From Octopus vulgaris (Eukaryota): a stretch of DNA of 64,000 nucleotides. Below the pieces are notes generated by a model, which saw only the letters and a program-made list of their open reading frames with translations, had not been told where the DNA came from and did no database searches. Shown here piece by piece: positions 12,370 to 26,298 of the stretch (position 1 is the first letter of the stretch; each line of letters opens with the position of its first letter). The stretch is taken from positions 38,998,001-39,062,000 of the forward strand of contig OX597836.1 in the NCBI GenBank assembly GCA_951406725.2, written 5' to 3'. The position numbers and the translations under genes were made by a program.

Positions 12370-13075
12370 TCAGACGGCCTTCGAATACCATATGGTATCA
12401 CTCAGGCAGCACCTGCTAAACAGCAGCAGCAGGAGGCGCAATGACCCAGTGGTTAGGGCAGTGGACTCGCGGTCGCAGGATCGCGGTTTCTATTCCCAGA
12501 CCGGACGTTGTGTGTGTTTATTGAGCGAAAACACCTAAAGCTCCACGATGCTCCGGCAGGGGGTAGTGGCCATCCCTGCTGTACTCTCTCGCTACAACTT
12601 TCTCTCACTCTTTCTTCCTGTTTCTTGTCCCCGACTTCCTACGCAACCGCTGAGCCTGGATGCGCATTCATCAATCCGTCGATGCTCTCGGTGTCGGCGG
12701 TTGACCTGCTTTCACTTCTGCAGGTCTTACGAATAACAAAGGACAACGTTTCGGTCTTCTCCCACAAATGGGACGAAGACCGTTTCGCTCAACAAACAAA
12801 CAGCAGCAGGAAAAATATATATATAAATGCAGTGCATAAGGGAACTGAGCAACATTGTACGAGTTTGTAGTGATCTCTTCAAGAAGCACTCTCTACCTGA
12901 TGATATCCAATACAGCCCCGAAACAGCTGGGCTCTCTTGCCTCAGAGAAGACCTGGATGGAAAGCACTCAGTATATATAAAAAATAAAAAGACTATGCAT
13001 GGGTATGTTGCCCGGAAGCTTGAAGAAGACAGTAGAATTGGCACGAAGCTCAGCATGGCCGCATCTATGAACTGA
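12370..13075 (+). mobile_element. RLE (R4/Dong-like) LINE internal fragment (post-RT region) interrupted by a SINE
   Basis: QTAFEYHMVSLRQHLLNSS|RKNIYINAVHK..ELSNIVRVCSDLFKKHSL...[18 protein letters not shown]. The 'K.MHGY' motif precedes the zinc knuckle in R4-type ORFs. It begins in (CATA)n. Confidence 0.55.
12432..12797 (+). mobile_element. SINE family C (tRNA-like head, tail type 1)
   Basis: Head GGAGGCGCAATGACCCAGTGGTTAGGGCAGTGGACTCGCGGTC..GGTTTC.ATTCCCAGACCGG with A and B boxes. TSD AAACAGCAGCAG. Homologous copies at 48291-48660 and 53645-53985. Confidence 0.85.
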
Positions 13076-13086
13076 AACTACAGCAA

Positions 13087-13239
<153 letters not shown>

Positions 13240-13301
13240 CTTTTTGCTGTAGTTTCAGCTCATAGGTCCGGTCATGCTAATGCACCGCCGTTATATATCT
13301 A

Positions 13302-13482
<181 letters not shown>

Positions 13483-13486
13483 GATA

Positions 13487-13660
13487 GATCGTTAGCCACT
13501 ACACACATGTTTCTCTCTCCTTGTTTTTTCTGTGTCCCTTTCTGTAGAAGACCGTAAGCTCGAAATGTAAAAGACATTTTCTATTCCTGAGCGTTATACT
13601 AATACATCTGTTTGTTTTGTACACCACTTGTCTTCGTCTTTTGTTTTTTTCGTAAACTGT

Positions 13661-13664
<4 letters not shown>
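13487..13664 (+). mobile_element. Penelope-like pLTR fragment (GAGC-N4-GCTCGAAACGT motif), related copy at ~55870-56060
   Basis: ctgtagaagaccgtaagctcgaaatgtaaaagac here and ctgtcaaagagcttaggctcgaaacgtcaaaaac in the second copy, with shared downstream gagcgt...actaatacac..cctgtcttc. Both are flanked by (TA)n. Confidence 0.5.
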
Positions 13665-13707
<43 letters not shown>

Positions 13708-15519
13708 AAGCGAGAGAGAGAGAAAGAGAGGCACAGATAGACAGACAGACATAGTATTATGTGTGTATATACATACACGATAGGTTTCTTTCAGTTTCGT
13801 TCAACCAAACCCAATTGCAATGCTTTAGTCTGCCCATGGCTGCGGTAGAAGAAAGACACTTGCTCAAGGTGCTGTACACTGAGATTGAAACAGAGACTAC
13901 ATGGTCGGCAAGAAAGCTTCTCAACCATACAGCAACGCCCGAGCCTCTTATTTACAGTCGTTAGATATATGAAATTGACATTAGTTTTCGAATCTCTTGT
14001 TTCTTCTGTCTATTTACCGAAGTGTCTATTGGTATTGACTTACACTCGGTAGATTGGTCTTACAAATGAGAAATCGCTTTTAGTTTTGTTGTTTAACACA
14101 GCGTGAACTCGTTGGAACGCTGAGTAAATAATTGTTTCATTTTCTATTGCGAATTTACTTAGCTGTATGCGTTGTTTAATCACGAAACGATGAAAATATG
14201 TGTGAAATTTCAGTTTTCTATAGAAACAAACTTAGAAAGAAACAACAAATTCTGCAGAGACCAAATGTTGTATTGGCAAATTACTCAAATGGACACAGAA
14301 ATGATCATTTTACGCCTCAAACGCCAAATCATTAATCTACGTTAATGCTTTTTAACTCGTAGTTATTGATTGCTCCGAGACAAACCGTGATCAAGTGGAC
14401 ATATCGAATTCTAACCGCCATCAATCTGTCTTTAGATGTGCCGTTCGCCTTTCGAAGATAATAGGCTGTGATGTGAGAAGATTTAGCTTATATTTCTAGC
14501 AAGTTGGGTGACCAAGTGAAGGCTTCATCCCTAACTCGTGAACTTCTATTCTTTTACTTGTTTCAGTCGCTGTACTTCAGTTATGTTCGGGTACCAGCTT
14601 GAACGCTTCTTGTTGCTTTTATAGACCCAATAAATTTAGTACTCATCAATTCCCATTTGTCGAACCGCTAGCTACGGGCGATAAAATGAACACTTCATTT
14701 TTCCAACGTTGACACAAACACGTGATTCCGAAGCGAACTTCTTAACTACACAGCCATTCCTATGCATATGCTTTAAGGTTTTCAAAAATGTAATTATTTC
14801 AATATTTCTTTGTCAAAAAGAACTTTTAATTTTAACTAAATTAATATTTCTCTGAAAACCGCACGACACCGAATCAGCGTGATTTCCTGTAGGTTTCTAT
14901 TTGTGAACGGACAAATAATTTGCCAACAGTCAAAACTTAAAGCAAGATTTTCTGATACCTAAGCAAGTTCAAACCAATTAAAATTCTAACGAATTTTTTT
15001 CAATAATATTTTATCTTCATTTTAGAAGATGGGGTGTTTATATAATCTAATTTCAGTTGTTCGATCTTTGAAGTTTGATTAAATTGCTTTTGATTATACG
15101 GTCATTAGCTACGGTAGTGAAGAAATATTAACTTTTTTTTTTGTTTGAACAAACTACAAAATAGATTTAATTAAATTCTTCATATCATTATATGAAAGCA
15201 ATGAATTAGATTTTAAAATTCCAGTTTCTATTGAAAACCAATGTTTGGCCTTGAGCCAGAGCTGTGAGGTAATTGAACAGGTTTCGTGCGAAGAAAGCGA
15301 GAGTATAAAATGTTTTAGTGATATTTTAGAACGATACTTCAACTGTTTCTAATCCTCATCACGGAATTATTTCGAAGCTGATTGCTTTTTTTCTTCGTTT
15401 CATTCAATGGACTGTCGATATTATTGACCATCACCTTCAAGGCTTATAGCCACCCATCTGGAGTTTTTGTCATTATTTCAATTGTAAACTTATCTAATCG
15501 TCGATATCTACCGAGCAAA

Positions 15520-15848
15520 AGGCGGCGAGCTGGCAGAAACGTTAGCACGCCTGGCGAAATGCTTAGTGGTATTTCGTCTGCCGTTACGTTCTGAGTTCAA
15601 ATTCCGTCGAGGTCGACTTTGCCTTTCGTCCTTTTCGGGGTCGATTAAATAAGCACCAGATACGCACTGGGGTCGATGTATTCGACTTAATCCGTTTGTC
15701 TGTCCTTGTTTGTCCTATCTCTGTTTAGCACCTTGCGGGTAGTAAAGAAATAGGTATTTCGTCTGTCTTTTATGTTCGGAGTTCAAATTCCGCCGAGGTG
15801 GACTTTGCCTTTCATCCTTTCGGGGTCGATAAATCAAGTACCAGTTAC
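15520..15848 (+). mobile_element. SINE family A, head plus 1.5 units
   Basis: Junction aaagaaataggtatttcgtctg at ~15745-15766, identical to the junction in the 9425 array. Confidence 0.85.
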
Positions 15849-15964
15849 TAGGACTTATTCTTTGTAAGCCTAGTACTTATTTTATCGGTCTCTTTTGCCA
15901 ACCCGCTAGGTTACGGGAACGTAAACACACCAGCATCGGTTGTGAAATTGAAAGAAGCCCGTCG

Positions 15965-16001
<37 letters not shown>

Positions 16002-16239
16002 ATGTGTGTGTGTGTGTGTGTGTGTGTTTGTGTGTCTGTGTTTGCCACCCCAACATCGCTTCATAAGCGATGCTGGTGTGTTTACGTTCCAGTAACCTAG
16101 CGGTTCGGCAAAAGAGACCGATAAAATAAGTACTATGCTTACAAAGAATAAGTTGTAGGGTCGATTTGCTCGACTAAAGGCGGTGCTCCAGCATGGCCAC
16201 AGTCAAATGACTGAAACAAGTAAAAGAGTAAAAGAGTAA
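15849..16239. mobile_element. SINE family B 3' part with an inverted partial duplicate (fold-back)
   Basis: 15851-15939 is the reverse complement of ~16068-16153. The GTAAAAGA tail is at 16220-16239. Confidence 0.8.
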
Positions 16240-16480
16240 GTGCATTTTTTTTTCTCAAATTTATTCTGTGTACAACCTTATAAATGATGACGCTCTCCAT
16301 ACTGGAAACTTCTGCATGGTAACTACACTGAAGTTACCTTTAGAAGTTAAAATATGTCACAAACCTATTTTAACTAACCTAAAGTTCGTTTGTTCCTCAC
16401 AGCTGTTTAGCCTTGTCCCATTCTGTCTCACGCTTAATCTCCCCGAGAACTACTTAAAGGGTACAAGTGTCTGTGGAGGA

Positions 16481-16715
16481 AGGCGGCGAGCTGGCGGAAA
16501 CGTTAGCACGCCGGGCGAAATGCGTAGCCCTATTTCGTCTGCCGTTACGTTCTGAGTTCAAATTCCGCCGAGGTCGACTTTGCCTTTCATCCTTTCGGGG
16601 TCAATTAAAATAAGTACCAGTTATGCACTGGGGTCGATGTAATCGACTTAATCTGTTTGTCTGTCCTTGTTTGTCCCCTCTGTGTTTAGCCCTTTGTGGG
16701 TAATAAAGAAATAGG
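16481..16715 (+). mobile_element. SINE family A monomer nested in a family C type-2 tail
   Basis: TSD GGTAC(A/G)AGTGTCTGT. Flanks ccccgagaactacttaaagggtac / gagtgctcagccacttgcac match 62384-62440. Confidence 0.85.
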
Positions 16716-16984
16716 TACGAGTGTCTGTTGAGTGCTCAGCCACTTGCACCTTAATTTCTAGAGCAAGATGTTCCGTCGATCAGATCAACTGGAACCCTTT
16801 TTGTCTTTCCTGTTGACTCCCATGTCTAATGGTTGGCGACGCAAAATGGTGAACTTTTATTCTGCCGGAAGGTCGTCATTCCATCGATTCAGTTGTTTGG
16901 TACGAAATCTGGCAAACATTATTGGCTATAATGATAGTCGGTGATAAAATTTAATGGGATGTCCTTCACGCCTTCTCACGCAAC

Positions 16985-17083
16985 TACAACCACCACCACC
17001 TCCTCCTTCACCATCACATCACCACCACGACCCCAATGCCACCACCACCATCACCACCACCGCCACTACCACCACTACTGCTG

Positions 17084-17114
<31 letters not shown>

Positions 17115-17315
17115 CTCCACCATCACACCACCACGACGACCCAAAACCACCATCACGCCATAACCACCACCACCCCACCATCACCCCCTCACCCCACCCA
17201 CCATCATCAATGCCACTGCCACGACCACGACCACCACGACGATCACCAGCACCATCACCACCACCACCACACACCACCCACCACGACGACGACCACCACC
17301 ACCACGACCACGACC

Positions 17316-17350
<35 letters not shown>

Positions 17351-17430
17351 CTCCACCACCACCACAACCACCACCACCACCACCACCACTACTACTGCTG
17401 CTGCTGTTGCCGTTGCTACTGCTGCTGCTT
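16985..17430. repeat. Compound trinucleotide microsatellite (CAC/TAC/GAC/CAT)
   Basis: Direct sequence. It gives poly-His/Thr/Pro ORFs in all frames. Confidence 0.9.
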
Positions 17431-17699
17431 CCTCTACCCTATTACCCCGTCTCTAAAATATATTCTCATCCCTGACATTGTTAAAAAGATTTTGCTTTTC
17501 TAATTAATTTTCATCATTAAAAGGCTTTCTTTCACACTAATGAGGTTAATTTAAACTAGGGTACGCCCATCCGCATACGCGATCATATACACACATATAT
17601 ACACACACCCATATTCCGACAGATGTACTACATATACACGTAAACAAACGCATGCAAAACACGGGCGCAATTACAAGATCGCGCAAACATATACACACA

Positions 17700-18008
17700 C
17701 ATACATACATACATACATACATACATACATACATACATGCTTACATACATACATTCATACATACATACATACATACATAATACATACATACATGCATGCA
17801 TACATACATACATATATACATACATATATACATACATACATGCATGCATACATGCATACATACATATATACATACATGCATATATACATACATACATGCA
17901 TGCATACATGCATGCATACATACATACATACATACATACACACATACATGCATGCATACATACATGCATACATACATACATACATGCATACATACAAACA
18001 TACATGCA

Positions 18009-18041
<33 letters not shown>

Positions 18042-18170
18042 GCATGCATACATACATACATACATGCATGCATACATACAAACATACATACATACATACA
18101 TTCATTCATACACATACATACATACATACATACATACATACATACATACATACATACATACATACATACA
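17700..18170. repeat. (CATA)n/(CATG) tetranucleotide microsatellite
   Basis: Direct sequence. Confidence 0.95.
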
Positions 18171-18365
18171 CGTGTGCTGAGAAGTTCCTGGTTTTAAGGG
18201 TGTCACGAAAGGCCTGGCTGGAGGCCCAACCTTCCGACTTCTTTTGTAGGGCTTAGTCCAGACTGAAGGACCGCTGCAATATGAGTGTGAATCTGACAGG
18301 GAAATATGTTGAATAAAATCGTAATTAACTCATTCTCCTGTATTTTCTTTTACCCCAAACCAGCT
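18170..18365 (+). mobile_element. Mariner-derived MITE (degenerate); second copy inverted at 59177-59410
   Basis: TIR-like gtgctgagaagttcctgg; internal LKDRCNMSVNLTGKYVE*, a mariner C-terminus resembling RWQKCI..GDYVE. Confidence 0.65.
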
Positions 18366-19765
18366 AAGCCATCGTCGACGAGGAAAGAGTTTTTTTTTTA
18401 TGGCTTGCTAGACTTCAACAAGGCCACCACGTTAAAGAGATTGTTTCACCTAGACCGCCTCCGCGTAGCACAATACACACAAAACAGTGATACTACAGAA
18501 CAACGAATACATACAGAAATGTTTTGCAATTATTTTACTGGTAAAGCAAACGCAAATATTGATAATGGAAAATGGAAAATTTCCAAAAATTTCTGCCTGA
18601 TGAAGAACACGTACTCAATTACAGGCTGCAGTGAGTAAATTGCATTTGTTTTAAAACTATCACCGATTCATCATCTTAATTTTTGACAAAATCAGTATTT
18701 ATTGCTATTTGTATCTTAATGCTGCAAGACATCAGAATAGATGTCTGGCAGCTTTAAGTGAACTATATTCCCTGAGGAGTTTTGATAAGATAGAATCACG
18801 TCAGAAGATATCATGATTGATACTAAAGATCAGACCCTTATTTTGCTTAATATTTCTGCTTAATGACTTTTCAGTCAATTCACATTTTCGAAATTATTTC
18901 CCATACTTTTGAAAATAATTTTTATTAAGGCAAAATAATTATCTTTCATTACCGTTACAGTTTCAATTGAGTAAATATTATAAACATTGGATGATATACA
19001 TATACATATAGACTGCGGCAATGCTGGAGCACTACTTTGAAGGGTTTCAGTCGAATGAATCGACTCCAGTTCTTACTTTTTTCATCCTGGTACTTCTTCA
19101 TTCGTTCTCTTTTGGCCGAACCACTCGGTTACATGGACATAAACACAGCAACACTGTATAAAATACAGACTACAGCAAATATTCTGCTCAATACCACAGA
19201 TTTGTTTGTCAGTTGTTTGACCTTAACCAGTTGACCATATCCCTTAGTGGCTGACGATATGTGCATCTCTGATCACAAGCAGAAATAGTGGGGCAGCATC
19301 ATAGCCGTGTGTTGAAAGGAATTCTTAGAGGTTTGGATAATTCACATTTGGAAACATGGGTGGTAGAGAAAAACACAGACACAAAGACACACACACGCAC
19401 ACATAAATATACAACGGGATTCTCTTGGTTTCCGTCTACCAAATTCACTCACAAGTTTTTGGTCGGCGCGAGGCTATATCAGAAGACACTTTCGTGAGGT
19501 TCCACACATTGGGATGGAACTCGGATCAATGTGGTTGGAAAGCAAACTTCTAAACATACCAACATAAATACATATATATACATCCTATAAATATAACCTA
19601 CTTAATGTATTATGTGTGTAGTTGAAACATTACAAGATGCGATTTTCGCCCAGGAAAATCCCACTTCAAAGTTGTGTCTTTCATTTGTGCTAACACAACG
19701 AGTTCTTACCTGTACAAAAGTCGCAGCTTCTAACGTTCCTCTTCCTCCTCCACTTACTGCTGCTG

Positions 19766-19828
<63 letters not shown>

Positions 19829-19887
19829 ATAATATTAATAATAATAATAATAATAATAATAGTAATAATAATAATAATAATAATAAT

Positions 19888-20360
19888 TGGTATAAAAGAT
19901 GGACTACAGCAAATATTCTGCTCAATACCACTGATTTGCTTGTCAGTTGTTTGACCTTAACCAGTTGAGCATGTCCCTTAGTGGCTGACGATATGTGCAT
20001 CTCTGATCACGAGCAGAAGTAGTTGGGGAGCATCATAGCCGTGTGTTGAGAGGGATTCTTTGGGGTTTGAATAATTCACCTCTGGAAACATGGGTGGTTC
20101 TTTCAACATCCTTAAACAACCCTTATTCAGAGACCGTTTGAGCGGGATGGGCTACTCAACCTGAAGAAAATTCTAACTGGGCCCCACCTGCAAGGTCATG
20201 TGCTGTTTATCTTGATATGAGATCACCATGTCGCGCACATATGGTTGTGATGCATGTGCCTGGTGTACCTTTATCAGACGGGTAGTCATGATGGGTATAT
20301 TGGGCTTCGTATATTTTACCCCAGTGTCACTTTGATGGCATGAACTGCTCTCTCACTCAA
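19888..20360 (+). mobile_element. Retroposon module 'X' inserted in (TAA)n; partial copies at 19165-19363 and 36546-36918(-)
   Basis: ggtataaaagatggactacagcaaatattctgctcaatacc ... actgctctctcactcaa(TAA)n, with (AAT)n on both sides. Confidence 0.7.
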
Positions 20361-20371
20361 TAATAATAATA

Positions 20372-20410
<39 letters not shown>

Positions 20411-20430
20411 TTAATAAGAATAATAATAAA

Positions 20431-20482
<52 letters not shown>

Positions 20483-20525
20483 GCCCACAAGGGGCTAAAC
20501 TGGTACTTATTTAATCGACTCCGAA

Positions 20526-20651
<126 letters not shown>

Positions 20652-21312
20652 TAATGCCGCTACTATTACTAATGCTGCTGCTGCTACTGTTTCTACTTCA
20701 ACTCCAAATCGACTTACTAGACATAGTAGCAAAATCTTCACGTTTCTGCCGACAGTTGAATAATATGAGAGAACAAGGAACAAATAAAAAGTTTTTATCA
20801 AAAAAATTATAGAAGGCAACAATGAAGAGATAAAAGTATTTCCTAGAAACCATATTCTTCAAGGAAAAAAACAAACAAACAAAACAATCGCATCCAACTC
20901 TGGTTCGTTCAATGGACTTTGATATTAATGGAGATGTTTTTCTGCGGCTTTGTTTTATTTTGTTTTGTTTTTTTTCGCCTGATAATATATATAGATCGTT
21001 AATATGCCATAAAATAATTCATCAAGCAACCATATAAATATTCCAGCAAAAAAAACCAAAAAAAAAAAAAAAGAAGGAATAGCTAAAATCAGAAAATATG
21101 TCTTCGGGTTGTAGGTAAGTAGGTTTATGTAAGTAAAATATGCAAACTAAGCCAACAAAAAAAAAAAACCTTCAAAAAGACAAAAAGATCCTACTTAAAC
21201 CGAAGGTTGAGTAGTAAGCAAATAAACAAACAAATACAACAAAATAGATATCTGTTTAATATCTTTATAGCTTAATACCTCTCAAATCTCTACGCAGGTG
21301 GTTTTGCATAAG

Positions 21313-21400
21313 TGTGTGTGTGTATGTGTGTGTACATGCATATATATATATATATATATATACATATAAATACATACATGGATATGTTTGTATATATATA

Positions 21401-21448
<48 letters not shown>

Positions 21449-21588
21449 ATATGTATATATATATTAATATATATGAATATATATATGTGTGTGTGTATAT
21501 ATTTATATGTATATATATATGTGTGTGTGTATATATATATGTATATATATATATATGTATATATATTTATATATATATATATTATATA

Positions 21589-21638
<50 letters not shown>

Positions 21639-21688
21639 TATGGTTGTCTGGTAAGTAGCTTGCTTACAAACCACATGGTTCCGGGTTC

Positions 21689-21719
<31 letters not shown>

Positions 21720-21721
21720 AG

Positions 21722-21755
<34 letters not shown>

Positions 21756-22004
21756 TATAGATAGATATAGATATAAATACATATATACATACGTGTGTGT
21801 TTGTGTGTGTGTGTGTGTGTGTGCGTGCATGCATGTATGTGTGTGCGGTTGGCGTTTTGTTTGATGGTTACATTAAAAAAAAGTCAAGGAAAAACCGCAG
21901 TTTAATGTATAGTGCTCAATGCACAGAAACTGAGTGGGTGTAGCGATTTAAAACCCATTTACGTTTACAAAAGTAGTTCCTTTATCTTCGCTGGAGAATT
22001 TCGC

Positions 22005-22048
<44 letters not shown>

Positions 22049-22127
22049 ATATATATGTGTATGTATACATATACATATACATATACATACATATACATAC
22101 TTTTACACCTACACGTACACACATACA

Positions 22128-22166
<39 letters not shown>

Positions 22167-22456
22167 AGAAAGAGAGAGAGGGGGAGAGAGACAGAGAGAG
22201 ATTCCAACAAGCATACATACGTACATACCATACATAAAGTATGCAAAACTTTCCAAAAGTTTAGCATAGAAGTACATAGGCAAACATGTCTAGACATGCG
22301 CATAGAGGCATGAGTATAGATACATAAAACAAAACATACAGATCAACACGTACACTGACTACAAATTCCTGCACCTAGAAATGAATCTGAACAATAACAT
22401 GCATACAAAAAGCTAGATCGATAGATAGATAGATAGATGAAGATATAAACATATAA

Positions 22457-22513
<57 letters not shown>

Positions 22514-22527
22514 ATATAAATATATGC

Positions 22528-22562
<35 letters not shown>

Positions 22563-22574
22563 CATACAACACAC

Positions 22575-22633
<59 letters not shown>

Positions 22634-22671
22634 CGTATATATATATATATATACAATATATATATACATAC

Positions 22672-22702
<31 letters not shown>

Positions 22703-22736
22703 CATACATACATATATATATATGTATGTGTGTGTG

Positions 22737-22769
<33 letters not shown>

Positions 22770-22800
22770 ATGTGTGTGTGCACACAGACATATATAATTA
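21313..22800. repeat. Long compound (TA)n/(TG)n/(CATA)n microsatellite region
   Basis: Direct sequence. It is interrupted by a SINE B head fragment (21641-21689) and an RLE LINE 3' end (22236-22402). Confidence 0.9.
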
Positions 22801-22833
22801 TTTGCATGAAGTTAGATATATATGTCCTGTCAT

Positions 22834-22895
22834 AGATTGACCAATAGTTTCGCATCCATAAAGCTCTTAGCTTTATAGACGACTCGTCAGACTCC
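22834..22895 (-). ncRNA. Type-I hammerhead ribozyme motif
   Basis: Minus strand ggagt-CTGACGA-gtcgtctataaagc-taaga-gctttatggatgc-GAAA-ctattgg-TC-aatct: ~13-bp stem II closed by G-C, near-palindromic stem III, GUC triplet, one mismatch in stem I. Confidence 0.72.
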
Positions 22896-22939
22896 AGTTG
22901 CCGTGGACATATAACTTCTCATAAATACATACATACACA

Positions 22940-22975
<36 letters not shown>

Positions 22976-24112
22976 TATAATATATATATACACACACACA
23001 TACATAAATGCATGTATAGTCTATCAATAAAGCATAAGCTGCGATTTGCGTCCAAGAAAAACCCCTTTAGAGACATAAGTTTTTGGGTTTCTTTTTTTTA
23101 ACTCACTACATCTATAAAGGTATTTTAGTTGAACAAAATTTGCAGCTTCTGAGGATTGAAGTACACACATTACAATAAGCACGTTATATTGATAGAGACG
23201 TTTCGCTGGAAACGAGGACAATTTTACTAAATCAAGTTTGTATTTGTTTTTGCTATCCAAATGCATGTTACTGGACACTGAAAATATTTCTCTTACATCT
23301 TGCTGCTTAAAGAAGCATACTTTATACATGCACATACGCGTGCGCGTTCTCTCTCTCTCTCTCTCGCTCTCGCTCTCTCTCTCCCTCTTTCTCACACACA
23401 CATACACACACACTCACACATATACACTTTGTGCATGTATAGATACATCATTTTCATTTTTCTAATCATTTAAATTCTTCCAATTCAAAACGATCTATTT
23501 TCTAGTAAATGAGTAGCATTCCTTTACTGGAGTATAGACATCAACACTGAAGAGAGTCACATACTGAATTTTAGAAAAGACTTGCATATTTATATCTTTC
23601 CGCTTACGGATTGTATTTACATACGCATGTCAGTTTGTTGCCGGTTTGATTTGTAAACCTCCGACTTTATACACTACTGCTTCTTACATAGTCAAACCAG
23701 CTATAAACCAAGGAGATAAATGGGAATTTATTATCCGGGTAGTAGATTTGAAACAGCTGTCCATAAATATTCTCTTCTGAAAGTATTTTGAAAGAGATGT
23801 ACACACCTGCAGCGAAGTTCACCTTTGTAAGTCGCGATATTTGGTCTTCCTCTCCTATATGTGTATATGTGTTCGCACTTATGAATGTTTCAAAGTGCGT
23901 ACATACGTATGCATCTATGTGTGTATTGATGTATGGTTAGATGGTTCGCTGGATGACTGGGCAATTAGATGGATGGGTGGTTAGATGGATGAAAGTAAGT
24001 GTGTTGAAGAATGGTATAAAAATAAAATGATACAAAATTAGATGTGTATGTGTGAGAGAGAGAGAGAGAGAGACATGCATACACATACACACACATACAC
24101 AAGCACACACAT

Positions 24113-24432
<320 letters not shown>

Positions 24433-25124
24433 ATGGAGAGAATACGATTGTACATCAATCAGAATATATGTGCGTATAAACGCGTTTCTGTAACTAATTA
24501 AGAGTGTATACTCATGTATATGTATGTGTTTGTGTGTATGTGTGCGCGAGTGTGTGTGCCAAAATTGGCAGAAATCTCTGAGAGTTATTTCGCGTCTGAG
24601 AATTTTGCAGTTGAATTTTACTGTTTCAAGTCCAAACGTATGAATGAACAGTTTGAAAGAGTTTAGTGATGTTTTTAGACATATCTCATCTTTACACAAA
24701 CTATTGTTATTGTCTTTCACTATTGAACTGTTTGATATGAAACTGGAAATAACGAAGACGTTCAGCCGGCAATAAATTTACTGATAAGAGAATATTACTT
24801 CGCCCACGGGTTCTTTGATCTTTCCAAAGAATTCTTGAAAGGAGTTATTTAAGTAGGTAGTCTTTAAGAACCTCTCAAGAAATATTCTTAAAATATTCGG
24901 TAATAATTGGAAGAGAATCACTTCAGAATGAATACAAAAGCTATAAATTCATATGTAAATTCTACAGCAAAAGTTATTTAACCAGTGGGGAGGCACAGTC
25001 TTGTAATGACCGAACGGATAATACGTCGCTTGTTTGACTGGGAAATCATTTGTTGCTGAGCTGCTATTTCTTTGGTGGTATTGTCAGGACTCTACGGAGC
25101 TCATGGTCCTATTTATTTTAAAAT

Positions 25125-25533
25125 CACCTTGATCACCTTGACCGACCAGTCCGTCGGGCGTCCTTTTGACACCGCTGGTCACAGCACGCTATCCACTCCT
25201 CTCTGGATCACGCCTTTCTCATCCACATGATCTCAATCGTCCTCCTGAAATCGTAACTCAACCGTCGTGGAGGCATTCCGAGTGGTTGTTTCCGTTCGCA
25301 CGGATACCACTTGACAACTGCGCGTGTCCACCGATTATCGGTGAGTCGGGCGACGTGTCCAGCCCATCTAAACTTGCTGCGTGTATATTCTGCGATGACA
25401 TCCTTCACGCCGGGCTTCTTTCTGATGACCTCGTTACTGATGTGCTCTCTCAACGAGATTCCCAGCATTGACCTTTCCATGGTTCTTTGAGCCGTTACCA
25501 GTCTCTGCTCTTCTCTCTTTGTTGTAGTGAAAC
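25125..25533 (-). mobile_element. 5'-truncated RTE-clade LINE (C-terminus plus tail) with 14-bp TSD
   Basis: TTTKREEQRLVTAQRTMERSMLGISLREHISNEVIRKK.GVKDVI...KFRWAGHVARLTDNRWT..V.KWYP.ERK.P.G.PP.R. Tail (TCAAGGTGA)2. TSD ATTTATTTTAAAAT at 25111-25124 and 25534-25547. Confidence 0.92.
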
Positions 25534-25644
25534 ATTTATTTTAAAATAAGGGTGGCAAATTAAATGTAAGAAAATCGCTGACTAGCTTAAATACCCGAAA
25601 GATAACAGGAAACTGAGAGGCCGGGTAGCCGTTTACGCTTTCCT

Positions 25645-26298
25645 TTTATCTTTTACTTGTTTCAGTCATTAGACCCGACCATACTGGGGCACCACCTTGA
25701 AGAATTTTTAGTCGAATGAATCAATCCCAGTATATTTTCTTAAAAGCTTGGTAGTTATTTAATCGATCTTTTGCCGAACCGCCAAGTTACGAGGACGTAA
25801 ACGCACCAACACCACTTGTCAAGCTGTGGTGGGGACAAGCACACACACACACAGAGGCACTCGTACACACACAAACACACACACACAATAATACACAGAC
25901 ATACACATATATACGACAGGCTTCTTTCCGTTTCCATCTACCAAATCCACTGACAAAGCTTTGGTTGACGCGAGACTACAGTAGAAGACACAAGCCCAAG
26001 GTGCTACGCAGTGACACTGAACAATATGGTTGGAAAGCAAGCTTCTTATTTCTTTATTGCCCACAAGGGGCTGAACACAGAGGGGACAAACAAGGACAGA
26101 CAATGGGATTAAGTCGATTACATCGACTCCAGTGCATAACTCGTTCTTAATTTATCGACCCCGAAAAGATGAAAGGCAAAATAGACCTCGGCGGTATTTG
26201 AACTCAGAACGTAACAGCAGACGAAATTCCGCTAAGCATTTCATCCGGCGTGCTAACATTTCTGCCAGCAAGCTTCTTACCACTTAGGAACGCCTGCC
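25645..26298 (-). mobile_element. SINE family B with a nested family A copy (~26049-26268)
   Basis: AGCAAGCTTCTTA is duplicated on either side of the family A insert. Confidence 0.8.

Noticed and set aside
12432-12505. Functional tRNA genes at SINE heads (families A, B, C, E)
   Set aside because: A/B boxes are present but the acceptor stem does not close and the sequence continues into repeated SINE bodies with TSDs.
12890-12936. CTGATGA...GAAAcagctg hammerhead-like string
   Set aside because: No stem II pairing, no UH after stem III and no stem I; it lies within a LINE coding remnant.
16941-17503. His/Thr/Pro-rich ORFs
   Set aside because: Trinucleotide microsatellite open in multiple frames on both strands, with no unique coding context.
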